In this document: positions 26,985-35,012 of the stretch, piece after piece
How the letters are laid out: each line of letters opens with the position of its first letter
Numbering within the stretch: position 1 is the stretch's first letter
Source: a virus
Lineage: Duplodnaviria; Caudoviricetes
DNA: 43,160 bases
IMG/VR virus record: IMGVR_UViG_3300038749_000016
Span: 1-43,160 of that record
Strand: one strand, 5' to 3'
Made by a program: the position numbers and the translations under genes
The notes under the pieces: generated by a model
What the model saw: the letters and a program-made list of their open reading frames with translations, nothing else
Told to the model about the DNA's origin: nothing
Databases searched by the model: none

Positions 26985-27420
26985 GGAGAGGTCCGTTCTG
27001 CTTGTTGAACTCGTCAATCCACATCTGTTGACGCGGGTTTGCTGGTCGGCTGTGCGGTATCGCCTTCATTGCCGGTTCATCGGTCCAGCATTGGCCGTTA
27101 AGCCATGTCGCCGGGTGCTTGGTGTAATCCGGGTTCTCGCCGCTTCTGGCTGCTGCGTACCGGCGGACGCCGACGGCTATTGGTTCTAGATCGGTAGCCT
27201 TGCGGGCTGATCGGTACGCCTTGAGCGCCTGACCTTTGCCGACGCGGCGCGGATAGATCGGCCAGAAGTGTTGCTCGAACTCGGCTTCGATCTCGTCCTG
27301 TACCGGCTTGGCTTTACGCCTCGGTGCCACTTCGCTTTCGATTGCTTCGGCTGCGATAAGTGCCTGCTCGATTGTGAGGCCGTCGGAAAGCATCCGACGA
27401 ATTGCTGCTACAACGCTCAT
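26878..27420 (-). CDS. Replisome-organiser C-terminal-type protein (short; no linker or iterons)
   Basis: FEQHFWPIYPRRVGKGQALKAY...KHPATWLNGQCWTDE. Confidence 0.7.
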   Translation of the reverse strand: MSVVAAIRRMLSDGLTIEQALIAAEAIESEVAPRRKAKPVQDEIEAEFEQHFWPIYPRRVGKGQALKAYRSARKATDLEPIAVGVRRYAAARSGENPDYTKHPATWLNGQCWTDEPAMKAIPHSRPANPRQQMWIDEFNKQNGPLHEPGSDNGSLLDLGDCEGQSRSNGGPVRLAYSRLG

Positions 27421-27779
27421 GCTGCCGCCCTCGTCTGAATGTTCCAGTCCAAGAGAACCGTCTGAACGTCGCCTATCGATCTGACGATGGCGTAAGGCAC
27501 TGCGTTCTCCGCGCACCAATCCTGCCAGTCGCGTTGTGCTGGCGATGGCGACCCCTTCCCGGCTTTCACTTCGAGAAAGGCCATGACACCGCCCTGACGA
27601 ACTAAAACGATGTCGGCAACGCCTGCCTTCACACCGAGAGCCTTAAGCATCGCGCCGGTCTTGGCGTCTCTACGCCCGCCATTCGCCGGGTGAAACGCTC
27701 TTACTGTTTTCGGCAGCACTCGGTCCAGATACGCCATGATGGCCTTGTGGACCTGTAATTCTGGCTGGTTTCTGCTCAT
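27417..27779 (-). CDS. VRR-NUC domain nuclease
   Basis: E..VH; HPANGG; GVKAGVADI; FLEVK..G..S..Q. Confidence 0.88.
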   Translation of the reverse strand: MSRNQPELQVHKAIMAYLDRVLPKTVRAFHPANGGRRDAKTGAMLKALGVKAGVADIVLVRQGGVMAFLEVKAGKGSPSPAQRDWQDWCAENAVPYAIVRSIGDVQTVLLDWNIQTRAAA

Positions 27780-27877
27780 TGGCGCACCCACCAAGCTGCC
27801 AAAGGTAAAAGTCCCAGGTTAACGACTACAGCGCCAGCAATTGACCAGATGATGATCCAGCAAATACGGTCATTCAT
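27776..27877 (-). CDS. 33-aa single-TM protein (not in the ORF track)
   Basis: MNDRICWIIIWSIAGAVVVNLGLLPLAAWWVRQ*; ATGA overlaps at both ends. Confidence 0.6.
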   Translation of the reverse strand: MNDRICWIIIWSIAGAVVVNLGLLPLAAWWVRQ

Positions 27878-28254
27878 GCGAACCTCCGGGCCGGGGCCTC
27901 TTGCTGTTGCTTCTGGTAAAGCGCGCTGCGCTGATAAATTGGGTCGCCCATCAGAACGCCTGTCTTGGTGCGATCATCAAACCGTGGGCGCTCGGCCATT
28001 CTTGCTTCGGCTTCTGCTTTACGCTTGAGAGCAGCATCGCTTGGCTGGCAGACTTCACCAACCGGCATAGAGGCTCGTTTTTCTTTCCGCTTCTCACTGG
28101 AACGAACCAGTTGCGCCGCATAACACTCCTGGTTCCCAAGGCGGAAAACCACGTTGACGCTGATACCGAGTTCCGTGGCTATGCTCCTCTTGGAAAATCC
28201 AGCAGCAAGCCGCTGTTTAATCTTGGCTGCCAGTACTTCCTCACTCGGTTTCAT
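27874..28254 (-). CDS. HTH-containing protein
   Basis: GFSKRSIATELGISVNVVFR; C-terminal T..LMGDP...SAL. Confidence 0.7.
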   Translation of the reverse strand: MKPSEEVLAAKIKQRLAAGFSKRSIATELGISVNVVFRLGNQECYAAQLVRSSEKRKEKRASMPVGEVCQPSDAALKRKAEAEARMAERPRFDDRTKTGVLMGDPIYQRSALYQKQQQEAPARRFA

Positions 28255-28328
28255 GGTCTTTCCTCCGGCTTACAAACTGAAGGTGTTCAGGGATGATCTT
28301 CTCTGACCACAACACGTACTTTTGGGAC

Positions 28329-28679
28329 TTACGCCGCCAGCGATCCGCTAGCTGTCTCCTGATCCAGAAGGGCAAGCGCAGCATCCAGCTGGGCAAGTCT
28401 TTCACTGACCTCTTCTCGCTCACGTCGAGCCTCCATAATTTTCAGTTGCCGAAGGGCGTTCATTTCCTCCCCGTCGATACGACGAGCAGCACCTTCCCAA
28501 ATCGAGCGCGCCCGACGCGGGGTGAAATCCTTGATGAGCAGTGGCTTGAGTGCACGATAAGCTTGATAGATCGACGCCTTAACGCTGCCGGTTCGGCGCG
28601 TAGGGAACGCATCTCGCATCATTCGTTGAGCTTCTACTGTGTCACACTGCAACATGTTCTTGTCCTTGAATGACAACAC
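28329..28679 (-). CDS. Hypothetical DNA-binding protein (cII position)
   Basis: GSVKA.I..A...RRARSIWEG.ARRI..EE; C-terminal coiled coil. Confidence 0.6.
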   Translation of the reverse strand: MLSFKDKNMLQCDTVEAQRMMRDAFPTRRTGSVKASIYQAYRALKPLLIKDFTPRRARSIWEGAARRIDGEEMNALRQLKIMEARREREEVSERLAQLDAALALLDQETASGSLAA

Positions 28680-29023
28680 CTTGTCCGTCCTTCCAGCTAT
28701 GTGTTGAGACGTAGCCGGGCGACGAAACGTGCCGGTGTTTAAAAGGGACGGTTAGAGATGAAGATGAAACGGACAGCCCGGAAAGCCTGGAAGACTGACA
28801 CTGGCGTCCAACTCGTCTTGTGGACTTGGCCTGAAAACTCACCACGAAAGCCGAAGGGAAGTGGCTTGGCGGCGCATAATCCTTTCGATCCTTTCCGGTG
28901 ATGTTCATAGGTCTAGTCCTTTGTGAAATGGGTTGCCCGGAGACCCGTCAGGGAGATCAAATCTCCGGGCTTATTACCTACCGAGTAACAGGCGGGGGCG
29001 AGGTGTCCCCGGCAGGCAATTGG

Positions 29024-29467
29024 TTAAGCGGTGACGGCCTCATAAAGCTCGTCAAGAACCTTGGCTTCGGCCAATGTTTCTTCGCCCTTTTGACGCTTGA
29101 ACTTCCGCGCATCATCAAGATGTTTCGGGTTCTTAATCAGGAAGCCAACTGGCATGTGCTGTTGAAGGCCGACGACATAATGGCTTTGATTTTTCAGCTT
29201 TGACGTGATCGGCAAGAAGCCTTCATCGATTTCTGAAAAGTCCAACGTGCCAATTGGAGCGTTGGAATTGCGCTTCAGATATTGCGTGAGGAAATTGATA
29301 ACGCCTTCACGGAGCATCCGGTCTGCGCCTTCGATCTCTGCTGCTTTCGACGTATCTGGGAAAGCGTCGGAAATAATCCGGTAAGCGATGCGAGGAGCGC
29401 TTGTGCCGACCTCCAAAATTGCCGCGTGAACATGCTGATAGAAGGCGTCCAACTTGTTAGTTAGCAT
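29024..29467 (-). CDS. Hypothetical protein
   Basis: Overlaps the stop of the 267-aa ORF; good coding pattern. Confidence 0.7.
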   Translation of the reverse strand: MLTNKLDAFYQHVHAAILEVGTSAPRIAYRIISDAFPDTSKAAEIEGADRMLREGVINFLTQYLKRNSNAPIGTLDFSEIDEGFLPITSKLKNQSHYVVGLQQHMPVGFLIKNPKHLDDARKFKRQKGEETLAEAKVLDELYEAVTA

Positions 29468-30260
29468 TGATCTTCTCCGCTATTACATTGAGGATTGCAG
29501 CAGCACGGATCACGGCGCGAACGTTCGCAGACTGATCGTCAATGCGTTCCGCCTTTCCTGCCAGTGCGAGGGAAATGTTTTCGTCGGTCGCCCATTCGGC
29601 CAGAGAGCGGCAATCTCCATAGAGATGCGTCCATGCCTCTCCAGCCTTAGTAGGGGCCTTGTAGTGCGGGTTTTTATTGGCTGGCGTGACACCACCACCG
29701 CCGCGCAAACCGCTCTTAGCGACCTCTATAACGGCTTCACGCAAAGCGGCTTTCGTCGGCTCAAGACCTTGAGCTAGGCGAGCATCGAGTGCGCGGCGGG
29801 CTATCCCCGGCTCTGCAACTTCTGCATCACGTATCTGGCGAGCTTCATGGATTTCAGTTCTGGTAAGACCAATATCCGTTGTTGTGGCCTGAAAAGTGTT
29901 ATCGTCTCCAACACTTTTAGGGCGACCCTTGGCGACTTCACCACGTTCCTGCGCCGCATCATATTCATCAGCCAGACGGCGCTTCGCCATTGCTTCGATT
30001 TCAAGAGCATCGGCTTGAGTTCGATGCGCCTTGGCAATCAGTTCATCGTGCGCGCCTTTCGCCTTTGCGATACGAGCTGCCTTTTTGCTGGCGTCGTAGG
30101 CAACGCTTGCAGCGTCTCTAGCATCAAGAATTTCTGCGGCGCTGGCGGCGCTAGCCAATTGAGCGGCAGCTTTTTTCACCAGTTCCGGCAGGCTGTTGAC
30201 GACCTGCTGAACGACCGATGGAGATGCAACGGAATGTTGTTCGTACTGGATCATGTTCAC
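29457..30260 (-). CDS. Hypothetical helical protein with HTH-like segment
   Basis: Ala-rich N-domain, KRRLADEYDAAQERGEV, DIGLTRTEIHEARQ. Confidence 0.75.
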   Translation of the reverse strand: MNMIQYEQHSVASPSVVQQVVNSLPELVKKAAAQLASAASAAEILDARDAASVAYDASKKAARIAKAKGAHDELIAKAHRTQADALEIEAMAKRRLADEYDAAQERGEVAKGRPKSVGDDNTFQATTTDIGLTRTEIHEARQIRDAEVAEPGIARRALDARLAQGLEPTKAALREAVIEVAKSGLRGGGGVTPANKNPHYKAPTKAGEAWTHLYGDCRSLAEWATDENISLALAGKAERIDDQSANVRAVIRAAAILNVIAEKINAN

Positions 30261-30589
30261 GCTGCATCCTCCGCTGTTGATCGTGCCAGCCGGTTAGCGA
30301 GATGAAGCTCTTCGGCACTTGTTTCAGTCAAAGACATCAGGAGAACCCAATGCCGATCAGGGATACCGATAGACGGCCACTTGTAGACAGCGTCACGAGT
30401 AACAGCTCCATTGCTGGCTTCGTGAATTGCCTTGGCACCGCCTGCGGCTTTGATGATTTCAGGAATAGACTTGGTGTCGATGTGCCGATGATTGCTTGCC
30501 GCAACCGACGTTTCTTCGCTCACACTAACGACGAGGTTTTCGCCGGAAACGATGACGCGAGCGCCGTTGATTTCGAGTTCGATGCTCAT
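30257..30589 (-). CDS. Second Cro-like HTH protein with N-terminal extension
   Basis: IIKAAGGAKAI...VTRDAVYKW...GIPDRHW. Confidence 0.65.
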   Translation of the reverse strand: MSIELEINGARVIVSGENLVVSVSEETSVAASNHRHIDTKSIPEIIKAAGGAKAIHEASNGAVTRDAVYKWPSIGIPDRHWVLLMSLTETSAEELHLANRLARSTAEDAA

Positions 30590-30786
30590 GACGCCACCTT
30601 TTCCGACATAAAGTCATCAGCCGTCACCGCGCCGCCAGTTGCCCGTTTGATAGCCTGCATAAGTTCCAAGCGAGGCGAGCGTTCGCCGCGCAGAAGACGA
30701 GTAATCGTCGAAGGCGCTACGCCGATCTCAGTGGCGAAAGCAGTTGGCTTAATGCCGTTCTCGGAGAGGTACGTTTCAAGTTTCAT
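30586..30786 (-). CDS. cro: Cro-like repressor
   Basis: MKLETYL...AFATEIGVAPSTITRLLRGERSP...T.GAVTADDF; divergent from cI. Confidence 0.85.
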   Translation of the reverse strand: MKLETYLSENGIKPTAFATEIGVAPSTITRLLRGERSPRLELMQAIKRATGGAVTADDFMSEKVAS

Positions 30787-30792
30787 GATCAT

Positions 30793-30883
30793 GTTTTGCC
30801 ACATGGCAATAACTTTGTCAATTGGCAATTACCAACTGGCTCTGGATATTTTTTGCGGATTGGCAAATAAGGTCACATGGCAA
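30793..30883. promoter_or_regulatory. OR operators / pR-pRM region
   Basis: 14-bp TTGCC-N4-GGCAA-like sites at 30796, 30815, 30853, weaker ones at 30829 and 30870; TTGACA on the - strand at 30816-30821. Confidence 0.8.
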
Positions 30884-31581
30884 ATCGACTGAAAGAAATT
30901 CTCGCCAAGCGGGACATGATCTTGGACGATCTCTCCGACCTTACGGGGATTTCATCCGCGCAACTGTCGCGTATTCAGTCGGGGGCTAGAGGCCTTAGCC
31001 TGGAAAACGCTGTGAAGATTGCTCGCGCTCTTGGGATCGAAATTCAGGAGTTCACGGACGAGTTTGATCCTGAAGACCTAGCAGTCATTCCGTCGAATTT
31101 TCTGGACAACATGGCGAAGCGGAGAGCTAAGCCAGACCGTGACGAACCCACAATTCCAAATCTTACGATCCCTGCTGGAATGGGGCCTGGGTTTGCTCTG
31201 AGCGTTATGCTTGATGAGCACGGACAGGTGCGAGACCCAGAGTATACGGACGGTGGCTGGGGATTGCCTGATGCGGTGAAATCAGGCTTCAGAAGCTTCG
31301 GGAAAATCTATTCGTTGCCGGTGCGCGGCGATAGTATGCACCCGACCCTGCCCGGCGGGTCGTTCGTTTTCGTGGATACCAGCCACACATTCCCGGATAT
31401 CGATGATATTTATGCGATCAACGATGGAGACGGGCTGAAGATCAAACGTCTAAAGCTGGTACCGAAAACCGATAAAATTCTGATCATTTCGGATAACGAG
31501 CGATACCCTACGGATGAGGTGCATCGCTCTGATGTTATCGTCTATGGCCGTGTAGTAGCGTGGTTTCAGTGGCGGCATTAG
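30877..31581 (+). CDS. cI: CI-like repressor (XRE HTH plus S24 peptidase)
   Basis: LSDLTGISSAQLSRIQSG; AG cleavage site; VRGDSMHP; IKRL; ISDN. Confidence 0.93.
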   Translation: MANRLKEILAKRDMILDDLSDLTGISSAQLSRIQSGARGLSLENAVKIARALGIEIQEFTDEFDPEDLAVIPSNFLDNMAKRRAKPDRDEPTIPNLTIPAGMGPGFALSVMLDEHGQVRDPEYTDGGWGLPDAVKSGFRSFGKIYSLPVRGDSMHPTLPGGSFVFVDTSHTFPDIDDIYAINDGDGLKIKRLKLVPKTDKILIISDNERYPTDEVHRSDVIVYGRVVAWFQWRH

Positions 31582-32057
31582 CCGTCCTTCTTTAGATTTG
31601 GCCATCTTGATTTCGCCTCGAACATTCGTTCGTCCACGTTTGAATGACCTGCAAGCTCTTCCCTGTCCGGTATCCTTGAACCAAAAAATGCTAGGACGTC
31701 TGGAAACTCCCACAAAATATCTGCCCGGTCGGCGCTAATGACAGCCGAGACAACCTTTCGAAGCAGCTTAACTGGATCGATATCCAATTCTCCTTCGCAA
31801 TCCATTGGCGCGCCATCGATCAAGTGAGGTTCGCTGTTGTTCACCATGCGCTCTAACTGCTGCATGGAATATCGCGTAACATCGCCGCAATCGTCCAAGG
31901 CCGGATCATATGGATAACCGTGCTTGACGATTTGCTTCCTCCAGCCTTTCGGGGCGGGCCAAGGAACTCCCCATTCAGCCAGTTGCGCTCGCTTCCATCC
32001 GCCCGCCGGAGTTCTCTTTGCGTCGATTTCTTCGTTCGTGATAGGTGTCTTTTCCAT
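31578..32057 (-). CDS. Hypothetical protein convergent on cI
   Basis: Trp/Pro-rich N-terminal motif RTPAGGWKRAQLAEWGVPWPAPKGW; ATG with upstream GGGAG. Confidence 0.7.
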   Translation of the reverse strand: MEKTPITNEEIDAKRTPAGGWKRAQLAEWGVPWPAPKGWRKQIVKHGYPYDPALDDCGDVTRYSMQQLERMVNNSEPHLIDGAPMDCEGELDIDPVKLLRKVVSAVISADRADILWEFPDVLAFFGSRIPDREELAGHSNVDERMFEAKSRWPNLKKDG

Positions 32058-32110
32058 GGTGTATATAATACTCCCTTTCAGAGCATGATATAAAAACTAA
32101 TAAACCTTAA

Positions 32111-32180
32111 CGTTATTCAGCTTTCCGTTATTCATATGCAATGGTTGCACTTATATAACTGCAATGGTTGCACTTATTCA
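32111..32180. repeat. Iteron-like repeats next to an AT-rich tract
   Basis: TGCAATGGTTGCACTTAT at 32137-32154 and 32160-32177; CGTTATTCA at 32111 and 32126. Confidence 0.8.
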
Positions 32181-32464
32181 TTCCATTTGAAGCGAAGCCA
32201 GTATCGATTTCCGACGTTTCGCTTTCTGGCGCAGAGCAAATATCCAGCATCTTCCAAAGCCTGAAGCGCGCTGATTACCGAGCGAACGCTGACACCTGTC
32301 AGCTTAGCTATCGTGGCTGTAGAGGGCCAAGCGTCCTTGTCTGTGCCGTTGATGCGCATGGCGATGTGAAGGCCCACGCGCACGGTTGCGTGGCTCAGGT
32401 CGAGGTCATCGACCAACATCCTAATCCAAGCGTCTCTGTTTCGAAGATATGCGGCTTTTGTCAT
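32174..32464 (-). CDS. Winged-HTH protein resembling the N-terminus of phage replication initiators
   Basis: DLSHATVRVGLHIA...AWPSTATIAKLTGVSVRSVISALQALEDAGYL...NRY. Confidence 0.8.
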   Translation of the reverse strand: MTKAAYLRNRDAWIRMLVDDLDLSHATVRVGLHIAMRINGTDKDAWPSTATIAKLTGVSVRSVISALQALEDAGYLLCARKRNVGNRYWLRFKWNE

Positions 32465-32493
32465 GCCCACGGTTATATCCGTCTGGTAATTTT

Positions 32494-32544
32494 TTGCCAA
32501 TGGGCAATTTGCCAGTTGACAATCTTTTTGCCGTGTGGCAATTT
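32494..32544 (+). promoter_or_regulatory. OL operators / pL promoter
   Basis: TTGCCAATGGGCAA (32494), TTGCCAGTTGACAA (32509), TTGCCGTGTGGCAA (32528); -35 TTGACA at 32516-32521. Confidence 0.82.
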
Positions 32545-32727
32545 CAAATCATCGAAAAGCGGTCCACGAAGAAGCAAACGCCGATCTGTTCCGCAAGATT
32601 TCACCAAGCCGAAACAGGCGATGGAGGTTGCCATGTGAACCGCAGCGCGGTGCGCGCAACTTGACCGGAAGAACTAGAACACTGGACCTGAGTAAGTCGT
32701 GAAACTGCTCACCGAAAGGATCGAGCG

Positions 32728-33066
32728 ATGTCCACGAAAGCCGAAATCGAAGCCATTCTGAAGAACGATATCGCGCAGTTGGAAGCTCTTGTTGGCCAAC
32801 TCGGTTCGATCAGCCTGACGGGATTTACCCTGCGGGATCAGGGCGAAAGCGGGCTTGAGGTTCGCCGGTTGCTTGGCAAGTACGTCGAACAGCGCTGCGA
32901 TACCGAGATGCGCCTGATCGACATCTACAGAGGCTTTGGCGACCAGCCTGCAATATCCAAGTCTGAACGCCACCAGTACCGCGCAAACCGCGCTGATGAC
33001 CTGCTGGATATGACCAGTGACGCCTTCGAACGCATCAATGATTACGTCCATGGGAGGGCGGCTTAA
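32728..33066 (+). CDS. Hypothetical protein, first early-left gene
   Basis: SD AAAGGA; 112 aa. Confidence 0.75.
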   Translation: MSTKAEIEAILKNDIAQLEALVGQLGSISLTGFTLRDQGESGLEVRRLLGKYVEQRCDTEMRLIDIYRGFGDQPAISKSERHQYRANRADDLLDMTSDAFERINDYVHGRAA

Positions 33067-33329
33067 TGTTCTCTGCACTGATGATTTCCACGGCTTTGGC
33101 CGTCGTACCAGCCACCCGTCCACATGATCCGCATGTTGGGTTTGTCCTGATCGAGAACCGGGTAGTCGAGCAGATCGGCCCATTCTGGGACCGTGAAGAT
33201 TGCGAGTTCGTTGGCAAGGGCATCGTGAACCACGCGAACGATCTTATCCACCGCCCCTACCAGACCGGGCCATACGAGGCGCTTCGCCTGATGACCACGG
33301 AAGTTGTGTGTCAGCGGAGGGTGAAATGA
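33066..33329 (+). CDS. Hypothetical protein with possible signal peptide
   Basis: TAATG coupling; hydrophobic N-terminus. Confidence 0.65.
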   Translation: MFSALMISTALAVVPATRPHDPHVGFVLIENRVVEQIGPFWDREDCEFVGKGIVNHANDLIHRPYQTGPYEALRLMTTEVVCQRRVK

Positions 33330-33619
33330 CTGAGACAAAGTTTACTCCGGGGCCGTGGGAATGGCAGCGTCAGAATGAGCGGGAATGGCCGAGCTACGAT
33401 CTGTCGCCCGGCGTTTTGACAAAGGACACGGCAGACGGAACGCCGTGGGGAGACGAAATTGACCGCGCCAACGCCCACCTGATCGCCGCAGCGCCAGAGC
33501 TTTATGAAAAGTTGGCGAAAATCCGTGGATGGATCAACGTCGATGCCGAGGGGGCTTGGGGCAAAAGGTTCTACGCCGAAGTCGATGAGTTGCTCGCCAA
33601 GGCGCGAGGTGAAGCATGA
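33326..33619 (+). CDS. Phage early protein of the TPGPW...ANAxLIAAAP type
   Basis: KFTPGPW and ANAHLIAAAPEL motifs. Confidence 0.75.
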   Translation: MTETKFTPGPWEWQRQNEREWPSYDLSPGVLTKDTADGTPWGDEIDRANAHLIAAAPELYEKLAKIRGWINVDAEGAWGKRFYAEVDELLAKARGEA

Positions 33620-33702
33620 CCCTCTCCCCATTCGATCACCTAATCACCATGGCACTGATCGTCGCTTTTATCGCGCTGTGCCAGAGCAAAAAGGTAAAAT
33701 AA
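33616..33702 (+). CDS. 28-aa hydrophobic peptide
   Basis: ATGA-coupled, SD GAGGTG; MTLSPFDHLITMALIVAFIALCQSKKVK*. Confidence 0.45.
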   Translation: MTLSPFDHLITMALIVAFIALCQSKKVK

Positions 33703-33704
33703 CA

Positions 33705-34013
33705 ATGGCGACTGAAATCAATCTCAAGCACAAGAACGGACTGACACACAAGGCATTCATCGGCTGGTCGTGGACTTCGTTTTTCTTCGGTCCTATCCCG
33801 GCGGCCTTCCGTGGCGACTGGTTCGCGTTCTTCATCTACGTAGTTGTCTGCATCCTGCTGACTATCGGCACTGCAGGTATTGGAACGATCATTTTCCAGT
33901 TGGCATGGTGTGCATTCTACAACAAGTGGCATGCCCGTCGCCTGATGGAAAAAGGTTACGAGCTTGGCACCACGGATGACATGCTCAAGGCAAAGCTGGG
34001 AGTTGCGATATGA
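33705..34013 (+). CDS. Membrane protein (DUF2628-like)
   Basis: GWSWTSFFFG..AAFRGDW, two TM helices, YNKW...L.EKGY. Confidence 0.75.
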   Translation: MATEINLKHKNGLTHKAFIGWSWTSFFFGPIPAAFRGDWFAFFIYVVVCILLTIGTAGIGTIIFQLAWCAFYNKWHARRLMEKGYELGTTDDMLKAKLGVAI

Positions 34014-34471
34014 AGCGCTTCCTCACCCTTCTGACAGCATCATGCATCACGTCTTCGGCCCTTGCTGCATCTGGCACATGGTATGAAAGCAATACATGGA
34101 CGACGAGCATTGATACCGATGCCAAGTTCTGCATGACGGTCACAAAGTACAATAATGGCCAGTCGCTCGGCATCACGTTACGACCGGATGGCACGTCTGA
34201 TCTTTGGATCGGCAAAGCCGGAGCACGTGAAGGTTTCACCTATCGCCTTGCAGTAATGACGAACAAGGCAGGCGGAAACGGCGTTCTGAATGGCACCGGA
34301 TATGCGAGCGGGAATATCCAGTTCGCCGGTATCACGATCAGTACGCTCTATTACCTCGCAAAGTCCAATTACATCGACATCGAGAACATTGGCGGCTTCC
34401 GTCTGGTCGGATCGCATCAGGCCATAAAGAGCCTCATTTCCTGCGCCGAAGCGTTGAAGGAGACGATCTGA
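34010..34471 (+). CDS. Secreted protein
   Basis: Signal peptide ending ALA-A; two Cys in the mature part; GS..A...L..C. Confidence 0.72.
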   Translation: MKRFLTLLTASCITSSALAASGTWYESNTWTTSIDTDAKFCMTVTKYNNGQSLGITLRPDGTSDLWIGKAGAREGFTYRLAVMTNKAGGNGVLNGTGYASGNIQFAGITISTLYYLAKSNYIDIENIGGFRLVGSHQAIKSLISCAEALKETI

Positions 34472-34554
34472 TGACAACCGTCGAATACACCTTCGCATGC
34501 TTTCTAGCGAGCTTTGGGACGTTCTTCGCTCTGGCATGGGGGATACCGATATGA
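34471..34554 (+). CDS. 27-aa hydrophobic peptide
   Basis: TGATG coupling, SD AAGGAG; MTTVEYTFACFLASFGTFFALAWGIPI*. Confidence 0.45.
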   Translation: MTTVEYTFACFLASFGTFFALAWGIPI

Positions 34555-34748
34555 CCGCCATCCTCCAAGTAAGCGGCAAGCCCCGCGCCCAGACGATCCA
34601 CGTATCGGTCACGACAGACAGAAGCCGGATCGGTTCACGCAACAGGTTATCCAGACAGCAATCCAGATGCAGAGCGAACTAGCAGCCGAAAACGCTGAAT
34701 ACGTCAGCGCTCTGGAAGTAGGGCTGGCAGATTTTTCGGGAGAGTGAT

Positions 34749-35012
34749 GTGAGCAAGACGACAATTAGCTACAGCGAACATACTTCCAAGCATAAGCACT
34801 TCCTGCGAGTTGTCCGGTACAACGAGACATTCAGGTGCCACGAGTGCGTTACCAACGAAGGTCAGAACGTGCTGGTCGATGTGTTCATTGACGGAACACT
34901 GCCGAAGTCGTGGGATGATCAGAATATCATCGGTCAGACCGTAGAGGTCGCATACACACACGGTTTTGTCTGGCTTGCCAGTGATCCTCGTATTGTTGAG
35001 GAGGCGGCGTGA
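34749..35012 (+). CDS. Hypothetical protein
   Basis: SD GGGAG; ends EEAA, overlapping the next start. Confidence 0.6.
   Translation: MSKTTISYSEHTSKHKHFLRVVRYNETFRCHECVTNEGQNVLVDVFIDGTLPKSWDDQNIIGQTVEVAYTHGFVWLASDPRIVEEAA

Noticed and set aside
28642-28908. 88-aa ORF with SD-like AAAGGA
   Set aside because: Ser/Arg-rich, non-protein-like composition and overlap with the next gene; cannot be supported as a CDS
32618-32670. Fluoride (crcB) riboswitch-like start GGCGATGGAGGTTGCCAT...AACCGC
   Set aside because: The 3' pseudoknot strand (CTRATGAC-YCY) is absent and no fluoride-related gene follows
34514-34747. Possible frameshifted gene across two overlapping short frames
   Set aside because: No slippery site or recognisable homology to decide which frame is real
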